DNA of 64,000 nucleotides from an uncultured bacterium (GTDB lineage Bacteria; Babelota; Babeliae; Babelales; Babelaceae): NCBI GenBank assembly GCA_963848965.1, contig CAWKFG010000001.1, positions 579,181 to 643,180 of the forward strand, read 5' to 3'. Shown piece by piece: positions 61,716 to 64,000 of this stretch (position 1 is its first letter; each line of letters starts with the position of its first letter). The notes under the pieces were generated by a model. It saw only the letters and a program-made list of their open reading frames with translations, ran no database searches and was not told where the DNA came from. The position numbers and the translations under genes were made by a program.

Positions 61716-62269
61716 GCCGTATGCCTTTCTTTTGCAAATAACCTTTCTCGTTGTTCTTCATTAAGAGCAATCAAAGAAACTGTCTGTAACTTTACGTATT
61801 TTTGAGCTCCTTTAAGAGCTTCAACTAATTCTTCTTTAGTAGTATATGGATCTGAGACTACTTGATACCAGGTTCGCTCTGCTCCTCGCGCCGTTTTACT
61901 TACTCGTTCAATTACTTGTGTTTTAAGTCCCTGAAGCTTTTCACTGCACTTTTGAGCAGCTTTTAAAGAGCCAAATCCCGCAAGCTGCGCATAATAGTAA
62001 CTCTTTTTTTCTTCTTTCGTCTCATGTGTATCCTCTACCAGATCCTCCACTTTTTTCTCTTCTGAACATAGTGCACAATAAATTTTATCTGCTAACGAAT
62101 CGCTCGTAAACTGTTCAGTTACTGGCTCAAGGGCATTTTTCTTACCCCAATAATAGCCAGCCATAAAAATAAAAAATGAACCCATTAAAGCAGTCGCTAC
62201 AATGTAACTTATCTGCTGCTGATCAAGCTGCACTTGCTTTTCAGCCTGATTATTATCTCTGTTTGCCAT
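61712..62269 (-). CDS. Membrane-anchored SPOR-domain protein
   Basis: TM ending GYYWGK, YYAQLAGF...WYQVV..PY. Confidence 0.75.
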   Translation of the reverse strand: MANRDNNQAEKQVQLDQQQISYIVATALMGSFFIFMAGYYWGKKNALEPVTEQFTSDSLADKIYCALCSEEKKVEDLVEDTHETKEEKKSYYYAQLAGFGSLKAAQKCSEKLQGLKTQVIERVSKTARGAERTWYQVVSDPYTTKEELVEALKGAQKYVKLQTVSLIALNEEQRERLFAKERHTA

Positions 62270-62289
62270 AATTATCTTTTTTCAGTCTA

Positions 62290-63243
62290 TCATATTTGAC
62301 AAAAATCTGTAAGCCTCTTCTCTAGCTCCTCTATGTATAAATCAGCCTTCAAGAATGTCAAGTTTATTTCTCGCATATCCTTAACAAAGGTGCTATCTGG
62401 GTCATGTTCTTTAAGCTCCCGCTCAAATGATCTCCAAAATGTTATCTGCCTTTTTGCATATGCTCGAGTTTTTTGAGCTATCTCTTCTTCTAATTCCTCT
62501 CCAGAAAGCTCTTTTTTATGGTAAGCAATAATTTCTGGGTATCCTAAAAGTTTTTTATGCATCAAAAAGTCCCACCATACAGAACCTAAATGAGCTACTT
62601 CCTCTACCCATCCAGAGAGAAGCATAACCTTTGTGCGCTCATTAATACGTTTATAAAGCTCATCCCGCTCCCGCGTAATAAAATAAACAAGCGCACTACC
62701 AGGAGGATCAAACACTGGCTTACATTCTGAAGGCTTTATACCAAAAGTATACCAAATTTCTAATGCACGTTGAATACGATACCTATCATGAGGATGAATT
62801 TCTTGGGCTCGTACACTATCTATACGTAGAAGCTCTTGCCACAACTCTGCAGTGCTTTTTGATTCCAATGCAGCCTGTTTTTTACTTTCCAAGTGACAAG
62901 GAGAAAAAAAAAGTGATTTAGCATAAAATCCAGAACCGCCTACAACAACAGGCAGTTTCTTTTTACTCCATAGTTCTTGCATGAGTGCAAGAACTTCATG
63001 ACGAAAGTCCATCACTGTAAAATGCTCTGGTTTGTCTATACGATTAAAAAGATGGTGCGGTACTACCGGATGCGCAAGAGATGGTTTAGCAGTACCTATA
63101 CTCAAAGGTGTATATAGTTGCCCTACATCTGCATTAATAATCTCAATGCACTGAGGCAACCGCTTGGAAAGAGCAAGTGCAACATCAGTTTTACCTACGC
63201 CTGTAGGGCCCATAATAAGGATAAATAAGTTGTTATTCTTCAT
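62290..63243 (-). CDS. miaA: tRNA (adenosine(37)-N6)-dimethylallyltransferase
   Basis: GPTGVGKT, IGTAKP, PHHL, VGGSGFY, IHPHD..RI.RALE, TR.YAKRQ.T. ORF track starts at 63324, overlapping carD. Confidence 0.96.
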   Translation of the reverse strand: MKNNNLFILIMGPTGVGKTDVALALSKRLPQCIEIINADVGQLYTPLSIGTAKPSLAHPVVPHHLFNRIDKPEHFTVMDFRHEVLALMQELWSKKKLPVVVGGSGFYAKSLFFSPCHLESKKQAALESKSTAELWQELLRIDSVRAQEIHPHDRYRIQRALEIWYTFGIKPSECKPVFDPPGSALVYFITRERDELYKRINERTKVMLLSGWVEEVAHLGSVWWDFLMHKKLLGYPEIIAYHKKELSGEELEEEIAQKTRAYAKRQITFWRSFERELKEHDPDSTFVKDMREINLTFLKADLYIEELEKRLTDFCQI

Positions 63244-63270
63244 AAAAAAAATCCCCCGAAAGCTCGGGGG
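63244..63270 (-). terminator. Intrinsic terminator after carD, abutting the miaA ATG
   Basis: CCCCCGA-GCTT-TCGGGGG-A-T8-ATG on the minus strand. Confidence 0.75.
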
Positions 63271-63275
63271 TTCTA

Positions 63276-63821
63276 TTACATAAGCCGTTTTGAACTTTTT
63301 TCCATTAAAGCAGCTCTTTGGCATTGTACAGCACAGAGTGACCGTAACTGTTCAATAGCTTTTTCCTGCCCTACTTCTTGCACTAACGAGAGCTCTTCTA
63401 CTAAAAGTGCCTCTGTTTGATGCAATAAGTTTTTCTCTCCAAATGAAAGCTCTTTTTGTAACGCAATATAATGCAAATCACGATAAATCTCTGAAAGATC
63501 CTTGAGCCTTCCTGTTCTCAATTTATTTTGATACTCTTTATTCCTTTTATTCCAGTTGCTTGCTGTAAATTCGTAATGACTTATTCTGCGTGCAGGTGAT
63601 GTTAAAATATCAAAGACATCTTTTATATGATCACTTGAACTTAATGGTCGTATTCCTACCGCTTCAGCATTATTTGTAGGGACCAAAACTGTCATATCTT
63701 TACTTAAAAACGCAAGCTCGTAAAACATCGCCTCTTGCCCAGCTACAATCTTTGTTATAAGATTATTAACTCGAGCAACCCCATGACCTGGGTATACTAC
63801 TTTCTCATTTAAGCGAAACAT
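63276..63821 (-). CDS. carD: CarD family transcription factor
   Basis: F....KVVYPGHGV, VP....VGIR, WNKR, LSFGEK. AAGGAG SD. Confidence 0.93.
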   Translation of the reverse strand: MFRLNEKVVYPGHGVARVNNLITKIVAGQEAMFYELAFLSKDMTVLVPTNNAEAVGIRPLSSSDHIKDVFDILTSPARRISHYEFTASNWNKRNKEYQNKLRTGRLKDLSEIYRDLHYIALQKELSFGEKNLLHQTEALLVEELSLVQEVGQEKAIEQLRSLCAVQCQRAALMEKSSKRLM

Positions 63822-64000
63822 TACCAACTCCTTTTTATAAGAAAACCGACGCAGCTCGTGCTCTGCCGGTCAAGAAGGACCAGTTGGCTATGAAAAGCCT
63901 TTACCCACTTTTAGTATAGCACCAAAATTTCTCAAATGCTATACTGAGCTTATACAATTATGAAAGTCATGAACTAATCAAGCTCCCGAACTATATGCGG

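Noticed and set aside
62290..63324. N-terminally extended MiaA overlapping carD
   Set aside because: The extension reads through the carD end and its terminator. Homology starts at ATG 63243.

Overview
AT-rich bacterial window, most likely from an intracellular protist parasite of the Candidatus Dependentiae/Babelota (TM6) type. This taxonomy is inferred from gene content and not verified. (1) About 1-32.3 kb is a plastic island. It holds about 13 paralogous secreted ankyrin-repeat genes with a shared N-terminus (signal peptide, YLxLLPxEL motif, helical domain). These genes are mosaics of each other, three carry 1-nt frameshifts, and short ankyrin shards lie between them. Four AAA_14/DUF4143 ATPase-nuclease genes are interleaved, each with periodic operator-like repeats, along with other secreted eukaryote-like proteins (J-domain, MYND finger). 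(2) About 32.6-43.5 kb holds a tandem family of secreted C2H2 zinc-finger proteins with NLS-like and acidic tail motifs, plus a secreted ankyrin-RBR E3 ligase. (3) About 43.7-54 kb holds stress and envelope genes, including a Cys-rich, Lys-poor beta-barrel candidate. (4) About 54-64 kb is housekeeping: carD, miaA, SPOR protein, ppiD-like, recA, infC-rpmI-rplT, zapB/zapA, rny, ymdB. The best candidate for a new system is a host-directed effector set: signal peptides followed by Met at the predicted +1 position, F-box-like ankyrin adaptors, an RBR ligase and transcription-factor mimics. No rRNA, tRNA, CRISPR array, integrase, transposase or reverse transcriptase was recognised.
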